Position numbers and translations under genes: made by a program. This document shows positions 48,701 to 59,461 of a stretch of 64,000 nucleotides of DNA, piece by piece. Each line of letters starts with the position of its first letter. Position 1 is the stretch's first letter. The DNA is from Patescibacteria group bacterium (GTDB lineage Bacteria; Patescibacteriota; Patescibacteriia; JBDRGY01): contig JBDRGY010000016.1 of the NCBI GenBank assembly GCA_043817315.1, forward strand, positions 69,445 through 133,444, in the 5' to 3' direction. A model generated the notes under the pieces. That model was not told where the DNA came from. It did not search any database and worked only from the letters and a program-made list of their open reading frames with translations.

Positions 48701-49628
48701 TGTTGTTAGCCTTCAGGTTGGACACTAGTTTTTGACGACGCAGTATTTTTCTTTTACGATTTTTATTTGAAGAAGCAACTTTCTTCTTTGACTCGGTAAT
48801 CTCTTTTTCTAGATTTATCGATCTCAGCAATTTGTGTATGGCCTCTGCTCCAATGCCCGCTTCAAAAACATGTCCGTATTTTAGGGACAAATCCTGATAA
48901 GTATTTTCAGAAATTATCTGGAGCGGTTTAAGGTTGCGTAATTCTTTCTTGGCTAAATCAGCTGCCTCTTCCAGTTCTTTCAGTTCTTCCTCTTTTTGGC
49001 GAGCGTTGTTTACTAATTCCTGATCAGCCCAGGCTTCAGTTTCTTTCTTGTTTTTGTCATCCTTGGCTTTTCCTAATTTTTGGGTTTTCTGCTGTTTGAC
49101 CGAACTTACTTTTTGGTTAAAGCTATTGTCGATATTTTTCTTCTTTGAATGAACCTCTTGGTCGATCTGTTTTAAGGTTTCTTCCCGTAGTTCCTCATCA
49201 ACAGCTATAATAATAAAACTGGCAAAGTAGATAACCTTTTCTAGGCTTTGCACTGAAAGGCCCAGGATTAATCCAATTTTTGAGGGCACTCCGCGCAAAA
49301 ACCAGATATGGGAAACTGGAGCGGCCAGATCAATGTGACCCATTCTTTCTCGACGCACAATAGAACGAGTTACTTCAACTCCGCACTTATCACAAATAAT
49401 ACCTTTATAGCGAATGCGTTTGTATTTTCCGCAGTAACACTCCCAGTCCTTGGAGGGGCCGAAAATTCTTTCACAAAACAGGCCATCTTTCTCTGGTCTT
49501 TGGGTACGATAATTAATCGTTTCCGGCTTGGTTATTTCCCCATTGGACCATTTATGGATAACATCCGGGGAAGCCAGTTTTAGCTTGATGGCATCGAAAT
49601 TGATGTTTCTTTCGTTGTCTTGTGCCAT
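45753..49628 (-). CDS. rpoC: RNA polymerase beta' subunit
   Basis: KPETINYRT, Zn finger CYCGKYK...CDKC, NADFDGD, GEPGTQLTMRTFH. Confidence 0.99.
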   Translation of the reverse strand: MAQDNERNINFDAIKLKLASPDVIHKWSNGEITKPETINYRTQRPEKDGLFCERIFGPSKDWECYCGKYKRIRYKGIICDKCGVEVTRSIVRRERMGHIDLAAPVSHIWFLRGVPSKIGLILGLSVQSLEKVIYFASFIIIAVDEELREETLKQIDQEVHSKKKNIDNSFNQKVSSVKQQKTQKLGKAKDDKNKKETEAWADQELVNNARQKEEELKELEEAADLAKKELRNLKPLQIISENTYQDLSLKYGHVFEAGIGAEAIHKLLRSINLEKEITESKKKVASSNKNRKRKILRRQKLVSNLKANNIKPEWMILTTVPVIPPDLRPMVQLDGGRFAASDLNDLYRRVINRNNRLKRLKELNAPEVITRNEKRMLQEAVDALIDNGARHGKTVTASTGQKRQLKSLADMLKGKQGRFRQNLLGKRVDYSGRSVIVIGPYLKIGQCGIPKTMALELFKPFVISRLIKDEFVHNVRSATRLIESGRPEVWDILEQITKGSHVLLNRAPTLHRLGIQAFQPVLIEGKAIQIHPLICAPFNADFDGDQMAVHLPLTEEAKKEAATIMLSSNNLLKPATGEPVTTPSQDIVLGCYNMTILQEGDQDKLKHFVSFDEVIMAYRLGQITIQQKIKVRINGKLVETNCGRVLINRILPPFFGYINEVMNKKILKDIISRTLQEWSSAETAEFLDQIKRVSLEFLTLSGISWGMDDLPPLEIKKKLVEEGDKKVDEINSHFETGLLTAEERHIKIVEVWAAVKDQITQLSKNALDSSGSVYQMVESGSRGSWPQITQMMGMKGLVTNPAGETIELPVKGSFKEGFDVLEYFISTHGARKGLADTALRTANAGYLTRRLVDVAQDMVISLDDCGDREGVVFTKKESEEMGENLVKRVVGRVCLEKIVNPKTKKTIVDKNQLITEKIAEELTKIDPQEVRARNVLTCQAQRGICRQCYGHDLAYNKLVELGAAVGIIAAQSIGEPGTQLTMRTFHTGGVAGLDITQGLPRVEELFEARPVKKSAVLSEVDGKVESIEETTAKDGKTRQKLIKIRHTQVDRDQYPLKESAKKNLRVKDKQEVKKDDLLYETKDQKVVAKAGGVVKIKDNSLEIIIEKEKINECLVPTRFTVWVNEGDLVNIGDQLTEGSIDVHNLYRLRGRGAVEKYVIKEIQYIYSSQGQKLNDKHIEIIIRKMFSRFYIRDAGETELLSGEVVERSQFVIANAKAQKDNKKEAVADNLLLGITKASLSTESFLSAASFQETARVLIDAAVSGKVDRLRGLKENVIIGRQIPAGTGYKPT

Positions 49629-49630
49629 AT

Positions 49631-52600
49631 CTATTTCTTAGTCTTATCTTTTTTAGTAGTTTTCCTGGCTACAGTCTCTATCTTCTCCTCTTTCTTTTCT
49701 TTTATATCTTCTTTTTTGGCTGCCGGCTCCTTTTTCTCGGGAGCTTCTTTGACACTTTCTTTGTTTCCCGCCTTCTCGTTTAGCAGCTCCACATCTAAAC
49801 ACAGACCTTTTAGTTCTCTAACTAAAACATTAAATGATTCTGGAATATTAAGTCGCCTTATTGGTTCTCCTTTGATAATGGCTTCGTAGGCTTTAGAACG
49901 TCCGGCTACATCATCAGATTTGATAGTTAAAATTTCCTGCAGGGTATTGGCTGCGCCGTATGCTTCTAGTGCCCAAACTTCCATCTCGCCAAACCTTTGA
50001 CCACCAAATTGAGCCTTACCGCCCAGGGGTTGCTGGGTTACTAACGAGTAAGGACCGATTGAGCGCTGATGGATTTTATCTTCAACCAAGTGGTTGAGTT
50101 TTAACATGTAAATGATGCCTACGGTCACCGGCTGATTGAAGGGGTCACCAGTTCTGCCGTCGTAAAGAATAACTTTACCGTCTTCAGGCCAGCCTACCTT
50201 TTTCAATTCCTGTTTAATAATTTCTTCGTCTACTCCGTCTAGGACCGGGCTGACAGCTTTATACCCCTGCTTGACTGCCGCGATGCCCAGATGAGTTTCT
50301 AAAATCTGACCGATATTCATACGAGAAGCAACTCCTAGCGGATTCAGAATAATATCAACCGGAGTTCCATCTGCCAAGAAGGGCATGTCCTCTTGCGGAA
50401 TAATTCTAGAGATGACTCCTTTGTTCCCATGGCGTCCCGCCATCTTGTCACCCACTTGGACTTTGCGAAGCTGGGCTACGCTAACCTGGAATGATTTAAT
50501 AACGCCGGAGGGAAGTTTGTCTCCGTTTTCTCTGGAAAATATTTTTATGTCCACTACCTTACCGTGCTCACCGTGTTCTAAATATAGCGAACTGTCTTTT
50601 ACGTCTTTAGCTTTTTCTCCAAAAATTGCTCTCAATAGTTTTTCTTCGGCTGATAATTCTGTTTCGCCTTTAGGGGTGATTTTTCCGACCAAGATATCGC
50701 CAGAAGAAACTTGGGCTCCGATCCTGACCACTCCTTCTTCATCCAGGTCTTTCAGTTTCTCTTCAGAGATATTGGGAATGTCTCTGGTAATTACTTCTGG
50801 GCCCAATTTGGTGTCTCGAATATCAACTGAGTAGTCTTCGATGTGAATTGAGGTATACATATCTTTATGCACCAGTCGCTCTGAAATCAAAATAGCGTCT
50901 TCGAAATTACCGCCCTCCCAGGGCATAAAGGCAACCATGATATTTTGTCCTAGTGCTAACTCTCCACTTTCTGTGGCTGCTCCGTCGGCCAATAGATCGC
51001 CTTTCTTTACCTTGTCTCCTCTTCTGACCCTGGGCCTTTGATTCATGCAAGTTGAAGCGTTGGATCTCTTAAACTTTCCCAGCTGATACTCTTGAAGGTT
51101 GCCACCACTTTCCAGCACTGCGATGTGATCAGAATCACATTCAACAACTTTACCATCTTTGGCGCAAATAATGGTATGTCCGGAATCATAAGCCGCCCTT
51201 CTTTCTACACCAGTGCCCACTACCGGTGCCTGGGGATTAACCAGGGGAACTGCTTGCCGTTGCATATTGGTACCCATCAGGGCCCGAACAGCATCATCAT
51301 GTTCTAAAAAAGGAATTAGAGAGGTAGAAACCGAGACGATTTGGGACGGAGAAACATCCATGAAATCTACTTTAGATACACTTTCTAGGGTTGGTTCTCC
51401 TCGTTTCCTGACCTCAGCTTTATCTTCAATAAAATATCCGTTGTCATCAATCGGGGTAGTAGCTGCAGTGGTAATATTACGCTCTCCACCGGCTGCATCC
51501 AAATAAACTATTTCGTCGGTAACTCGGGGCTTTATCGGTATGTTGGTAATGGCCTTGTGTTTGGCCAGTTCTTTGGCCAGTTCTTTGGTTATTTTATCTC
51601 CTACTTTAGCTATTGAACTTTTGCTTTCAGGGTCAATTATGTCTTCACGCAATATTTCACCCTCAGTTACCTTGGGATCGTTGGCTAAATCATGGATAAC
51701 TTTTCGCATGGGGGTTTCAATAAACCCATACTCATTAACCCGGGCATGAGAAGCAAGGTGGCCCACCAGACCAATATTGGGACCTTCCGGGGTGGCAATG
51801 GGGCAGATACGTCCGTAATGAGTGCGGTGAACATCACGCACATCAAATCCGGCCCGTTCCCTCGAAAGCCCGCCAGGGCCCATGGCAGATAATCTTCTCT
51901 TGTGTTCCAGCTCGGCCAAAGGATTAGTCTGGTCCATAAACTGAGAAAGTTGAGAAGACATAAAAAATTCTTTCACCGCTCCGATAACCGGTCGGGCATT
52001 GACCAACTGGTTGGGGGTAAGAGTATCGATATCTTTGGTGCTCATCCTGTCACGAACAATCCTTTCCATGCGAGCTAGGCCCACTCTGAATTTATTTTGT
52101 ATCAACTCGCCAATGGCCCTAACTCGACGGTTTCCCAAATGATCAATGTCATCTGGTGCTTCTTGAGTATTGTTGAGACGGATAATTTCTTGGATGATAG
52201 CCACCAGGTCTTCTTTCTGCAAAACCCTGGTTTCTTTATTGACCGGCATCTTGAAACCGAAACGTTGATTCAGTTTATAGCGACCGACCCGGCCAAAGTC
52301 ATAACGATCAAAATTGAAGAACATGGAAAATATTAATGACCTGGCATTATCAACCGTGGCCAGGTCACCGGGTCTAATTCTTTTATAAACTTCCTTCAGT
52401 CCTTCTGCCTCGGACTTGGCGATATCTTTATCGATAGTGTTCTGGATATATTTCACATCGGGGTCGGTATCTGTTTCTTTAAATAAATTCACAATATCTT
52501 CATCAGAAGAATAGCCAAAAGCTCGGAGCAGACTGGATACGGCCACTTTTCTTTTGCGATCAATTTTTACGTAGATTACTCCCGTTCCATCGGTTTCCAT

Positions 52601-53098
52601 CTCCAGCCAGGCTCCCCGGTTAGGAATTATCTTGGCTCCATAGCAGCGTCGGCCTCGAAAAAGTTCAGATGTAAAAAAAACACCAGCTGATCTGATTAGC
52701 TGGCTAACTACTACTCTTTCAATTCCGTTTATAATAAAAGTCCCTCTGTCTGTCATCAAGGGAAAATCACCAAGGTAAATTTCTTGTTCCTTGGCGTCAT
52801 TATTTTTTTTGTTAACAAGCTTGGCCCTTACTCGAATTGCTGCTTCGTAGGTCAGGTTCTTTTTCTTGGAAGTATTTTCGTCAAAGCGCGGATCATCAAA
52901 ATAATGATCGCCGAAATATAATTCCAGCTGCCTAGCGTAATCACGAATAGGAGATATCTCCTCTAACAGTTCCTTAAGCCCGTTTTTTAAGAACCAATCG
53001 TAAGAAGTCTTTTGGATCTCGATCAGGTCAGGTAAAGGAATGGCTTCGTGCAGCTTAGTAAAGTACCGACGCCCCTCTCTCTCGGTCTGAAATGACAT
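49631..53098 (-). CDS. rpoB: RNA polymerase beta subunit
   Basis: [43 protein letters not shown]. Confidence 0.99.
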   Translation of the reverse strand: MSFQTEREGRRYFTKLHEAIPLPDLIEIQKTSYDWFLKNGLKELLEEISPIRDYARQLELYFGDHYFDDPRFDENTSKKKNLTYEAAIRVRAKLVNKKNNDAKEQEIYLGDFPLMTDRGTFIINGIERVVVSQLIRSAGVFFTSELFRGRRCYGAKIIPNRGAWLEMETDGTGVIYVKIDRKRKVAVSSLLRAFGYSSDEDIVNLFKETDTDPDVKYIQNTIDKDIAKSEAEGLKEVYKRIRPGDLATVDNARSLIFSMFFNFDRYDFGRVGRYKLNQRFGFKMPVNKETRVLQKEDLVAIIQEIIRLNNTQEAPDDIDHLGNRRVRAIGELIQNKFRVGLARMERIVRDRMSTKDIDTLTPNQLVNARPVIGAVKEFFMSSQLSQFMDQTNPLAELEHKRRLSAMGPGGLSRERAGFDVRDVHRTHYGRICPIATPEGPNIGLVGHLASHARVNEYGFIETPMRKVIHDLANDPKVTEGEILREDIIDPESKSSIAKVGDKITKELAKELAKHKAITNIPIKPRVTDEIVYLDAAGGERNITTAATTPIDDNGYFIEDKAEVRKRGEPTLESVSKVDFMDVSPSQIVSVSTSLIPFLEHDDAVRALMGTNMQRQAVPLVNPQAPVVGTGVERRAAYDSGHTIICAKDGKVVECDSDHIAVLESGGNLQEYQLGKFKRSNASTCMNQRPRVRRGDKVKKGDLLADGAATESGELALGQNIMVAFMPWEGGNFEDAILISERLVHKDMYTSIHIEDYSVDIRDTKLGPEVITRDIPNISEEKLKDLDEEGVVRIGAQVSSGDILVGKITPKGETELSAEEKLLRAIFGEKAKDVKDSSLYLEHGEHGKVVDIKIFSRENGDKLPSGVIKSFQVSVAQLRKVQVGDKMAGRHGNKGVISRIIPQEDMPFLADGTPVDIILNPLGVASRMNIGQILETHLGIAAVKQGYKAVSPVLDGVDEEIIKQELKKVGWPEDGKVILYDGRTGDPFNQPVTVGIIYMLKLNHLVEDKIHQRSIGPYSLVTQQPLGGKAQFGGQRFGEMEVWALEAYGAANTLQEILTIKSDDVAGRSKAYEAIIKGEPIRRLNIPESFNVLVRELKGLCLDVELLNEKAGNKESVKEAPEKKEPAAKKEDIKEKKEEKIETVARKTTKKDKTKK

Positions 53099-53333
53099 AA
53101 AAAATTCACTCCTTTTCTTAAGTAATCTTCTGAAAAGGAGAATAAGACTTTATTAAAGTCCTTAATTAGCAATATATATGCAATGTTGATAATAACAGAA
53201 TTACAAGGACTGTCAAGGGAATATTTTAGTAATTGAGTAAAGATTGCTAACCTTAGCTAAAAAAGGACAGTTTATTACTATTGTTTTGCTAAAATTAGCC
53301 AAATTACTAACAGGATATCCACATGGATATACC

Positions 53334-54629
53334 CTATTCTTTAAGCAGTTCTCTGGCTGCCCGCCTATCATCCCAGGAAATCCTCTCTCCTCTTCTGCCC
53401 ATAATACATTGTTCCGCTCCTTTACCGGTAATAATCACCAAATCGTCCTTTTGAGCCAGGGAAAGCGCCTTATTAATCGCCTTTCTTCTGTCTAATATTT
53501 TAAAAAGGTTCTTGTCTAATTCCTTGCCGTTCTTGATCGCCCCCTCTGCTACCTGCTCGATAATGGTCATGGGGTCTTCATCGTAGGGATCTTCGTTAGT
53601 CACAATCACAATATCAGTGTATTGAGCAGCCAATTTCCCCAGAATGGGACGACGGGCTTTGTCCCGCCCCCCACCACAGGATCCCAAGACAGCAATAGTC
53701 CGGCCCAGAGTGGTTGGCTTAAGGGCTTGATAAACACTTTCTAGAGAACGAGGTTCGTGCGCATAGTCAACGATCACCTTAAAGTCCTGACCTTCTTCAA
53801 TTTCTTCTAGTCGGCCCTCGATCTTCTCAACGCCTTCTAATCCCCCTTTGATCGTCTCTAGGTCAAGACCTAGTCCCAGCCCTACGCAGATGGTGGCCAG
53901 TGCATTGTAAACATTAAATAGTCCAACCAGATTGAAGTTGACCTGATGGCCGTTAACCAAAAACTTGGAGCCCCATGACTCCAGGCTAATGTTTTCAGCA
54001 ATAACGTTATTATAGTTTCCAGCTCTTAGTTTTTTATTGGTGCTGAAGCCCCACTTTTCGTCAGCCCAAAACTTTAAAAAGTAATCAGCTTGTTGGTCGT
54101 CAAGGTTGACCACGCTGATTTTTTTGGCTTTTCTTTTGTTCTTTATTAAAGACTTAAACAGTTTGCCTTTAGCTTCTTTGTAATTGGCAAAGGAACCGTG
54201 TGACTCGATGTGCTCCGGAGATAGGTTGGTAAAAACCGCTACATCATAATCAATCCCCAGATGACGGTACTGGGCGATGCCCTCTGACGAAGTTTCAATT
54301 ACAGCATATTGGCATCCGGCCCGGACCATCTCTTTCATGATTTTCTGTAAACCAAAGCGTCCCGGCATAGTCATCTTGGTATCATTGATTTGTTCCTGAT
54401 CGCCGACTTTGTAATTAAAGGTAGAAGTCAGGCCGACTTTATTCCCGGCTTGCTCCAGAATCTTGGCTATCAGATTAACGGTTGTTGATTTGCCGGTGGT
54501 ACCGGTCACTCCAATAATTGTCATTTTCTTGGAAGGGTGGCCATAGATAATATTGGCCAGTTTAGCTAATTTCCAATGATAAAAATTTAGCAATGGTTTG
54601 GGAATAATTTTTCTGATGAGCTTTTTCAT
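53334..54629 (-). CDS. murE: Mur ligase, MurE-like
   Basis: GVTGTTGKST, ETSSEG, TNLSPEH, DYAH, GGGRD..RP, NEDP, ITGKG.E. Confidence 0.85.
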   Translation of the reverse strand: MKKLIRKIIPKPLLNFYHWKLAKLANIIYGHPSKKMTIIGVTGTTGKSTTVNLIAKILEQAGNKVGLTSTFNYKVGDQEQINDTKMTMPGRFGLQKIMKEMVRAGCQYAVIETSSEGIAQYRHLGIDYDVAVFTNLSPEHIESHGSFANYKEAKGKLFKSLIKNKRKAKKISVVNLDDQQADYFLKFWADEKWGFSTNKKLRAGNYNNVIAENISLESWGSKFLVNGHQVNFNLVGLFNVYNALATICVGLGLGLDLETIKGGLEGVEKIEGRLEEIEEGQDFKVIVDYAHEPRSLESVYQALKPTTLGRTIAVLGSCGGGRDKARRPILGKLAAQYTDIVIVTNEDPYDEDPMTIIEQVAEGAIKNGKELDKNLFKILDRRKAINKALSLAQKDDLVIITGKGAEQCIMGRRGERISWDDRRAARELLKE

Positions 54630-55558
54630 TATATAAAACTGAAAAGCTTACCAATAAACAACAGGTAGATTAGGATCATTAATAACCCTTCGGCTCGATT
54701 AATCTTTCTGTCATGGCTAACCACCCAGTACAGAATACTAACGGCCAGGATAAAGGGAATGATTAAGGTGACAACTACCTGAGGAACCACTAGGGTTGTA
54801 ATCAGGCCGGAGGCTCCCAGAATGACGAATATATCAAAAATGTTGGAACCGATGATGTTGCCAATTAACAAATCATGGTTGCCCCTTCTTACAGCTGTTA
54901 TGGCTACGGCAATCTCCGGTAAAGAGGTGCCTACAGCTATCAGGCTAGCCGCCAAAACTGAAGTGCCAAAACCCAGTAATCCAGCAATTTCAATAATCGA
55001 TTTGATAATCCAGTGCGAGGAAAGGGCAATAATTGCCAGGCTGATAACAAGCCCCCAGATAATTTTCCAGGAAAAAGGCTGCCGGGAGCTTTCTTTACTG
55101 TCTCGATGAACAATGCGGGAATAAGACAAATAAACAATAAAACCCAATAGAAACAGCAGGGCTTCTCTAGGGGTCAAATTTCCGTCCATCATAGTAAAGA
55201 AGACCAATAAAATGGCTCCTATAAATATGGGAAAGTCACCCTGAAAGATATCGTGTTTTATCTTGATTATCTTTTTGCTAAAAATTGCCGCCAGTCCTAA
55301 GCCCAGCAGAATATTGGCAATAACCGTTCCTAAAACATTGCCGGAGACCATTCCGGTTTCTCTCTGAATAACTGACGACAAAGAAGTAGCCAGTTCCGGC
55401 AAGGAGGTGCCTATCGCCACTATGACCACCCCTACAATAAACTGAGACATGCCCAAAACATGACCCAGTTTTTCGGCATAACGCGTAAAAATATTGGCTG
55501 ATTTAACCAGGGCCAATAGCGTGACAAAAAATAGCAGAAACCACAGTAACAAATTCAT
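54629..55558 (-). CDS. Calcium/sodium antiporter (YrbG family)
   Basis: Two GTSLPE alpha repeats, GNIIGSNIF. Confidence 0.9.
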   Translation of the reverse strand: MNLLLWFLLFFVTLLALVKSANIFTRYAEKLGHVLGMSQFIVGVVIVAIGTSLPELATSLSSVIQRETGMVSGNVLGTVIANILLGLGLAAIFSKKIIKIKHDIFQGDFPIFIGAILLVFFTMMDGNLTPREALLFLLGFIVYLSYSRIVHRDSKESSRQPFSWKIIWGLVISLAIIALSSHWIIKSIIEIAGLLGFGTSVLAASLIAVGTSLPEIAVAITAVRRGNHDLLIGNIIGSNIFDIFVILGASGLITTLVVPQVVVTLIIPFILAVSILYWVVSHDRKINRAEGLLMILIYLLFIGKLFSFI

Positions 55559-55561
55559 TTT

Positions 55562-56551
55562 TTAAAATAGATTAAACATTTTGGCTATGAACAGGGCATA
55601 GATTAACAGATACATGGCCCCTTCGTAGTGAAAAACTTTACCGGAAATGCCCGAAAAGGCATACAGCAAAGTGGCCACCACCAAAAAGGGAATGCCAACG
55701 ACGATCATGATCTGGGGCACAACCAGGGTCTTGACCAAAGAGCTGCCGCCGACTACCAGGAGAACATTAAAGATATTGGAACCGAAGACGTTGCCAATTG
55801 CGATTTCGAACTTTCCCTTTCGGGCTGATTGAATAGAAACCACTAGTTCCGGCAAAGAGGTGCCGATAGCTACCGCCGTAACAGCTAATACTGTTGAGCT
55901 GATGTTAAATATCTCGCCCAAGTTGATGACCGCATCTATGGTGAAACGAGCACCCAAATACATCAGGGCCCCGAATATTATTAAAAGAAAAACCTGCTTA
56001 GCGTGGAAATCAAAATTCCCTTTTCTCAAGAAACGGAAAAAATGCGGCTTATCCCTTATGTCTTCTGTCACATCAATCCTCTCCCTGTCATGCTCTGATA
56101 AACTGTATTTCAAATAAACGGCGTAGCCAACTACCAGGATCAGTCCCTCCAGCCATGTAATTTTGCCATCCATCATCACTAACACCAGTAAGCCGGTCGA
56201 CAAAAGAAGCAAGGGAACGTCGAGTTCAATCAAACTTCTTTTTACCTCTAGTTTCTTGGCAAAAATAGCGGCCAAACCAACAATTAATAAAATGTTGACA
56301 ACATTGGACCCCAAATTGTTGCTGACTACCATAGCAGTGGTATCAACCGCTGCCGTGCTTTTAAAAACAGCCACCAGGCTGGTTAACAGTTCGGGCAAAG
56401 AAGTACCGATACTAACAATGGTCACTCCGATCAAGAATGAGGGCATGCCCAAGGCTAAGCCTAATTTTTCCGCTGATGCCGTAAATTTGTCTGCGGCCAA
56501 AACTAATAACGCTATACTGACAAAAAATACAAAAATCCAAAGTAAGGTCAT
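55562..56551 (-). CDS. Calcium/sodium antiporter (YrbG family)
   Basis: Two GTSLPE alpha repeats, GNVFGSNIFN. Confidence 0.9.
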   Translation of the reverse strand: MTLLWIFVFFVSIALLVLAADKFTASAEKLGLALGMPSFLIGVTIVSIGTSLPELLTSLVAVFKSTAAVDTTAMVVSNNLGSNVVNILLIVGLAAIFAKKLEVKRSLIELDVPLLLLSTGLLVLVMMDGKITWLEGLILVVGYAVYLKYSLSEHDRERIDVTEDIRDKPHFFRFLRKGNFDFHAKQVFLLIIFGALMYLGARFTIDAVINLGEIFNISSTVLAVTAVAIGTSLPELVVSIQSARKGKFEIAIGNVFGSNIFNVLLVVGGSSLVKTLVVPQIMIVVGIPFLVVATLLYAFSGISGKVFHYEGAMYLLIYALFIAKMFNLF

Positions 56552-56554
56552 AGG

Positions 56555-56902
56555 TTATTCAGCCTGGAGTAAATTACAATTAGGATCTAATTCTATAAAG
56601 TGATTAACTGTTCCGTTTTGATAGGCAGAGCACAGGTTCTCCGGATAGTTGTCCAGCACCTGCCTGGGGTCATGGGCAATGTCACAAGCCCAATCGGGTT
56701 GCACTGAATTATTCAAACAGGGACCGCTTCCATAGTCTTCAATTTCTTTTCTCCTGCGGCACTCTATCTGGCAGGAAGTAATGGCTCTGTCCCTTTTGGT
56801 GCTGTCGATAAAACCCTCTCCTTCTGCTTGGTCCTGATGGAAGCAACCGGGCAAAGAAAGGGCTATAAATACTATAACTATGCTAATAATTGATTTTTTC
56901 AT
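56555..56902 (-). CDS. Cys-rich putative lipoprotein
   Basis: Lipobox-like LPGC; six further Cys (C-x3-C, GPCL, DWACD, NLC, DPNC). Confidence 0.75.
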   Translation of the reverse strand: MKKSIISIVIVFIALSLPGCFHQDQAEGEGFIDSTKRDRAITSCQIECRRRKEIEDYGSGPCLNNSVQPDWACDIAHDPRQVLDNYPENLCSAYQNGTVNHFIELDPNCNLLQAE

Positions 56903-56920
56903 AAATTAGAGTGGAACTCT

Positions 56921-59461
56921 CTATAGATTAACCCCGTTGAGGTAGCCCTTGGGATAGGCAATAAATTCATTGAGCAATAAAGTGCCCCGCCAATTGTATA
57001 CTCTGACCTTAGCTACGTCGCCACTTTCTATTGCTGTCACTATTTCAGCCTGGCCGTCACTATCCAGGTCAGCACTGGCCACATTGACTCCGCCCTGAAA
57101 GGAAGAATCAAAAGCCATGAAACCAGGGTTTAATAAACTGATGGTACTTTGTCTGTTGCGGCCAAATACTCTGATATGCGGTCCTCCAGCGGACACTACT
57201 CCGGTGATAATTTCATCAGCTCCATCGCTGTTTAGATCGCCGCAGGCTAAATTAATACCGCCCCGGAAACTTTCCTCGTAGGCCATCAAGCCCAGGATAA
57301 CCGGGCGATAGACGCCATTACGATAACCAAAGATTCGTAAATGAGGCCCCCCCTGAGATTTTGGGGCAGTTATGATTTCTGACAAACCGTCTCCTTCCAG
57401 ATCGCCGACAGCCAGATTGACCCCGCCGCGAAATCCTGAATCATAAGCCATGAAATTCTCGGTGGTCGGCAAATACTGTCCGTTGCGATAACCGAAAATT
57501 CGAATATTGGGACCGCCTCCGGAAAGTGGAGCCACTACTATTTCAGCCAAGCCACTGCCGTCCAAGTCACCGGTAGCCAGGGCTAACCCTCCTTGAAAGT
57601 TGCTATCAAAAGCCAGTACCACTTTTTCCAGAGTTCCCTGGGTATTAAATATCCTGATTTCGCCCCGACGGCCCGGGCCGGAAGCTGTAATAATTTCTTG
57701 ATTACCATCGCCATCCACGTCAGCTTTAGCCACCTTAACACCGCCACGGAAACTTTCTTCAAAAGCCATGAATTGGCTGACTAAATTTCCGTACTGATCC
57801 AATATTCTGACCTGGGGACCTCCTCCCTGTTTGGTGCCAGTAATAATCTGGTTGGTTACTTGAAAAGGCTCAAAGTCAGTTTGTAACGTATAAGTAGCCG
57901 AATCTTGATTGCCCAACCAATAGGCTTGGTTGAAGTCAGTAATGTCTAAGAAATGATATTCCATTTGTCCTGCTGCGGCCAGGCGAACGACCAGCCCCGT
58001 ATCAAACATACGATCAGTCGGATATGGAATAGCAGTATGGCCGGCAACTATGCCCTGGCTGTGATCATGGAGATCGGCGTAGCTAAACGGGTTTCTGGTT
58101 TCCATGAACATCCCCCAATAGGTAGAGGCCGTCTCTGAAGGGATTGTCCAAAGGCCCGAACTGTTAGTACCTCCGGAATACTTAATCATGTCTTCAAAGC
58201 CATAGGCTGATTCCTGAAAAATGGCAATTCCTGCTTGGGGCAAAGGATCGCCGTTTTTGTCCAAAACCTTTATCTTATTTTGAGCTGGAATATCTTTTAA
58301 ATACTCCCCGGGTATGCCCCTCCGCTTGGGCAGTCCCCTTCTATCTCCTGAGATGTCAGTGTAATAATTGTTAAAACGGATCAGGGCCAATATGGAATAT
58401 TCGGAAAAATACTGCTCGTTGATACTGTTTAAGAGGCCCGAGTGTCTGTTTTTATAAACATAGTCAGTCTCCACCTCGAGCATGCCCAGTCCACCACCTA
58501 CTGTGGCTCCATCCTCATCAGTAATATGAACATCAGAAGTATAAATAGATAGCTTAGACAAATCGACTAAGCCCAGGGTGTTAATGGCTAGGTTGCGCAA
58601 TAAATTCCAGTCAGTCGTTTTGGCATAAGCATTAACATAATCAGGGTCAGCGCACCAAATTCCCCGGTCCAGACAATCGTTGTCATCATAATCCCAAGCA
58701 ATATTCCAAGAACCATCGTACAGCCAATCCTCGGACCCAGTGCTACTGTCTATCTCACCATTGGCATGAATGTAAATATTATCAATTCGGACCCGTAGAT
58801 TAGCGCCGCTTGAAGTAGTAGAGCCCGTGGCACCGGTTAGGGCTTGATTCAAAATTTCATTGAAGGCACTGACTTGCTGCTGCAGCCAGTCTTCACAAGA
58901 ATAGGACCCTGCGCTGTTTTTCTGGTAATCAAAAGCGGAACAAAAGCCTTCCTCGACATGAAATATTAAGGAGAGGGTGTTGGTCTTTTCGGTCAATAAG
59001 TTATTCTGTTCTGATATTTCTTCAATGGTACCCTCGGGGTCAACCTGGAATTTGATGGTGTGGGTCCCGTCCACCCAGCGCCACAAATAGTCTTGAGTGG
59101 TGTAAGAGCCAGGGTTGAGATTGCTAATGGTTCCCGACGAAACTTCGACACCGTCAACGTACCATTTAAAACCAAACTCCCCTGAGATAACATTGCCCTG
59201 ATTGGTAATCTGAGCAGTGAATGTAACCATCTCTTCTTCTTCGGGCCAGCGCTGCCAGAATTCAGTACCAGTTTTCAGACGATACTGGCCATTCAATCCT
59301 CTTTCGGTGTGATATTTTTCATAGCGAGGTGTCCTGGAAATAAAGGTAACGTCCAAATCGGCCAGTTCACTCTCGTCTGTTGTCGCTTCTGTCTTCTCAA
59401 CCAAAAAGAAGCCGGAGATTATTAGGGCTAAAATGACTAGATAATATTTTTTCTTAACCAT
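56921..59461 (-). CDS. Secreted CARDB-domain protein with C-terminal FG-GAP repeats
   Basis: Signal peptide; VTFTAQITNQG...VDP...I.EISEQNN (CARDB); GGPQVRI / GDLDG repeats. Confidence 0.8.
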   Translation of the reverse strand: MVKKKYYLVILALIISGFFLVEKTEATTDESELADLDVTFISRTPRYEKYHTERGLNGQYRLKTGTEFWQRWPEEEEMVTFTAQITNQGNVISGEFGFKWYVDGVEVSSGTISNLNPGSYTTQDYLWRWVDGTHTIKFQVDPEGTIEEISEQNNLLTEKTNTLSLIFHVEEGFCSAFDYQKNSAGSYSCEDWLQQQVSAFNEILNQALTGATGSTTSSGANLRVRIDNIYIHANGEIDSSTGSEDWLYDGSWNIAWDYDDNDCLDRGIWCADPDYVNAYAKTTDWNLLRNLAINTLGLVDLSKLSIYTSDVHITDEDGATVGGGLGMLEVETDYVYKNRHSGLLNSINEQYFSEYSILALIRFNNYYTDISGDRRGLPKRRGIPGEYLKDIPAQNKIKVLDKNGDPLPQAGIAIFQESAYGFEDMIKYSGGTNSSGLWTIPSETASTYWGMFMETRNPFSYADLHDHSQGIVAGHTAIPYPTDRMFDTGLVVRLAAAGQMEYHFLDITDFNQAYWLGNQDSATYTLQTDFEPFQVTNQIITGTKQGGGPQVRILDQYGNLVSQFMAFEESFRGGVKVAKADVDGDGNQEIITASGPGRRGEIRIFNTQGTLEKVVLAFDSNFQGGLALATGDLDGSGLAEIVVAPLSGGGPNIRIFGYRNGQYLPTTENFMAYDSGFRGGVNLAVGDLEGDGLSEIITAPKSQGGPHLRIFGYRNGVYRPVILGLMAYEESFRGGINLACGDLNSDGADEIITGVVSAGGPHIRVFGRNRQSTISLLNPGFMAFDSSFQGGVNVASADLDSDGQAEIVTAIESGDVAKVRVYNWRGTLLLNEFIAYPKGYLNGVNL

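Noticed and set aside
53100-53333. Replication origin upstream of rpoB
   Set aside because: AT-rich, but only one imperfect DnaA box and no dnaA/dnaN nearby.
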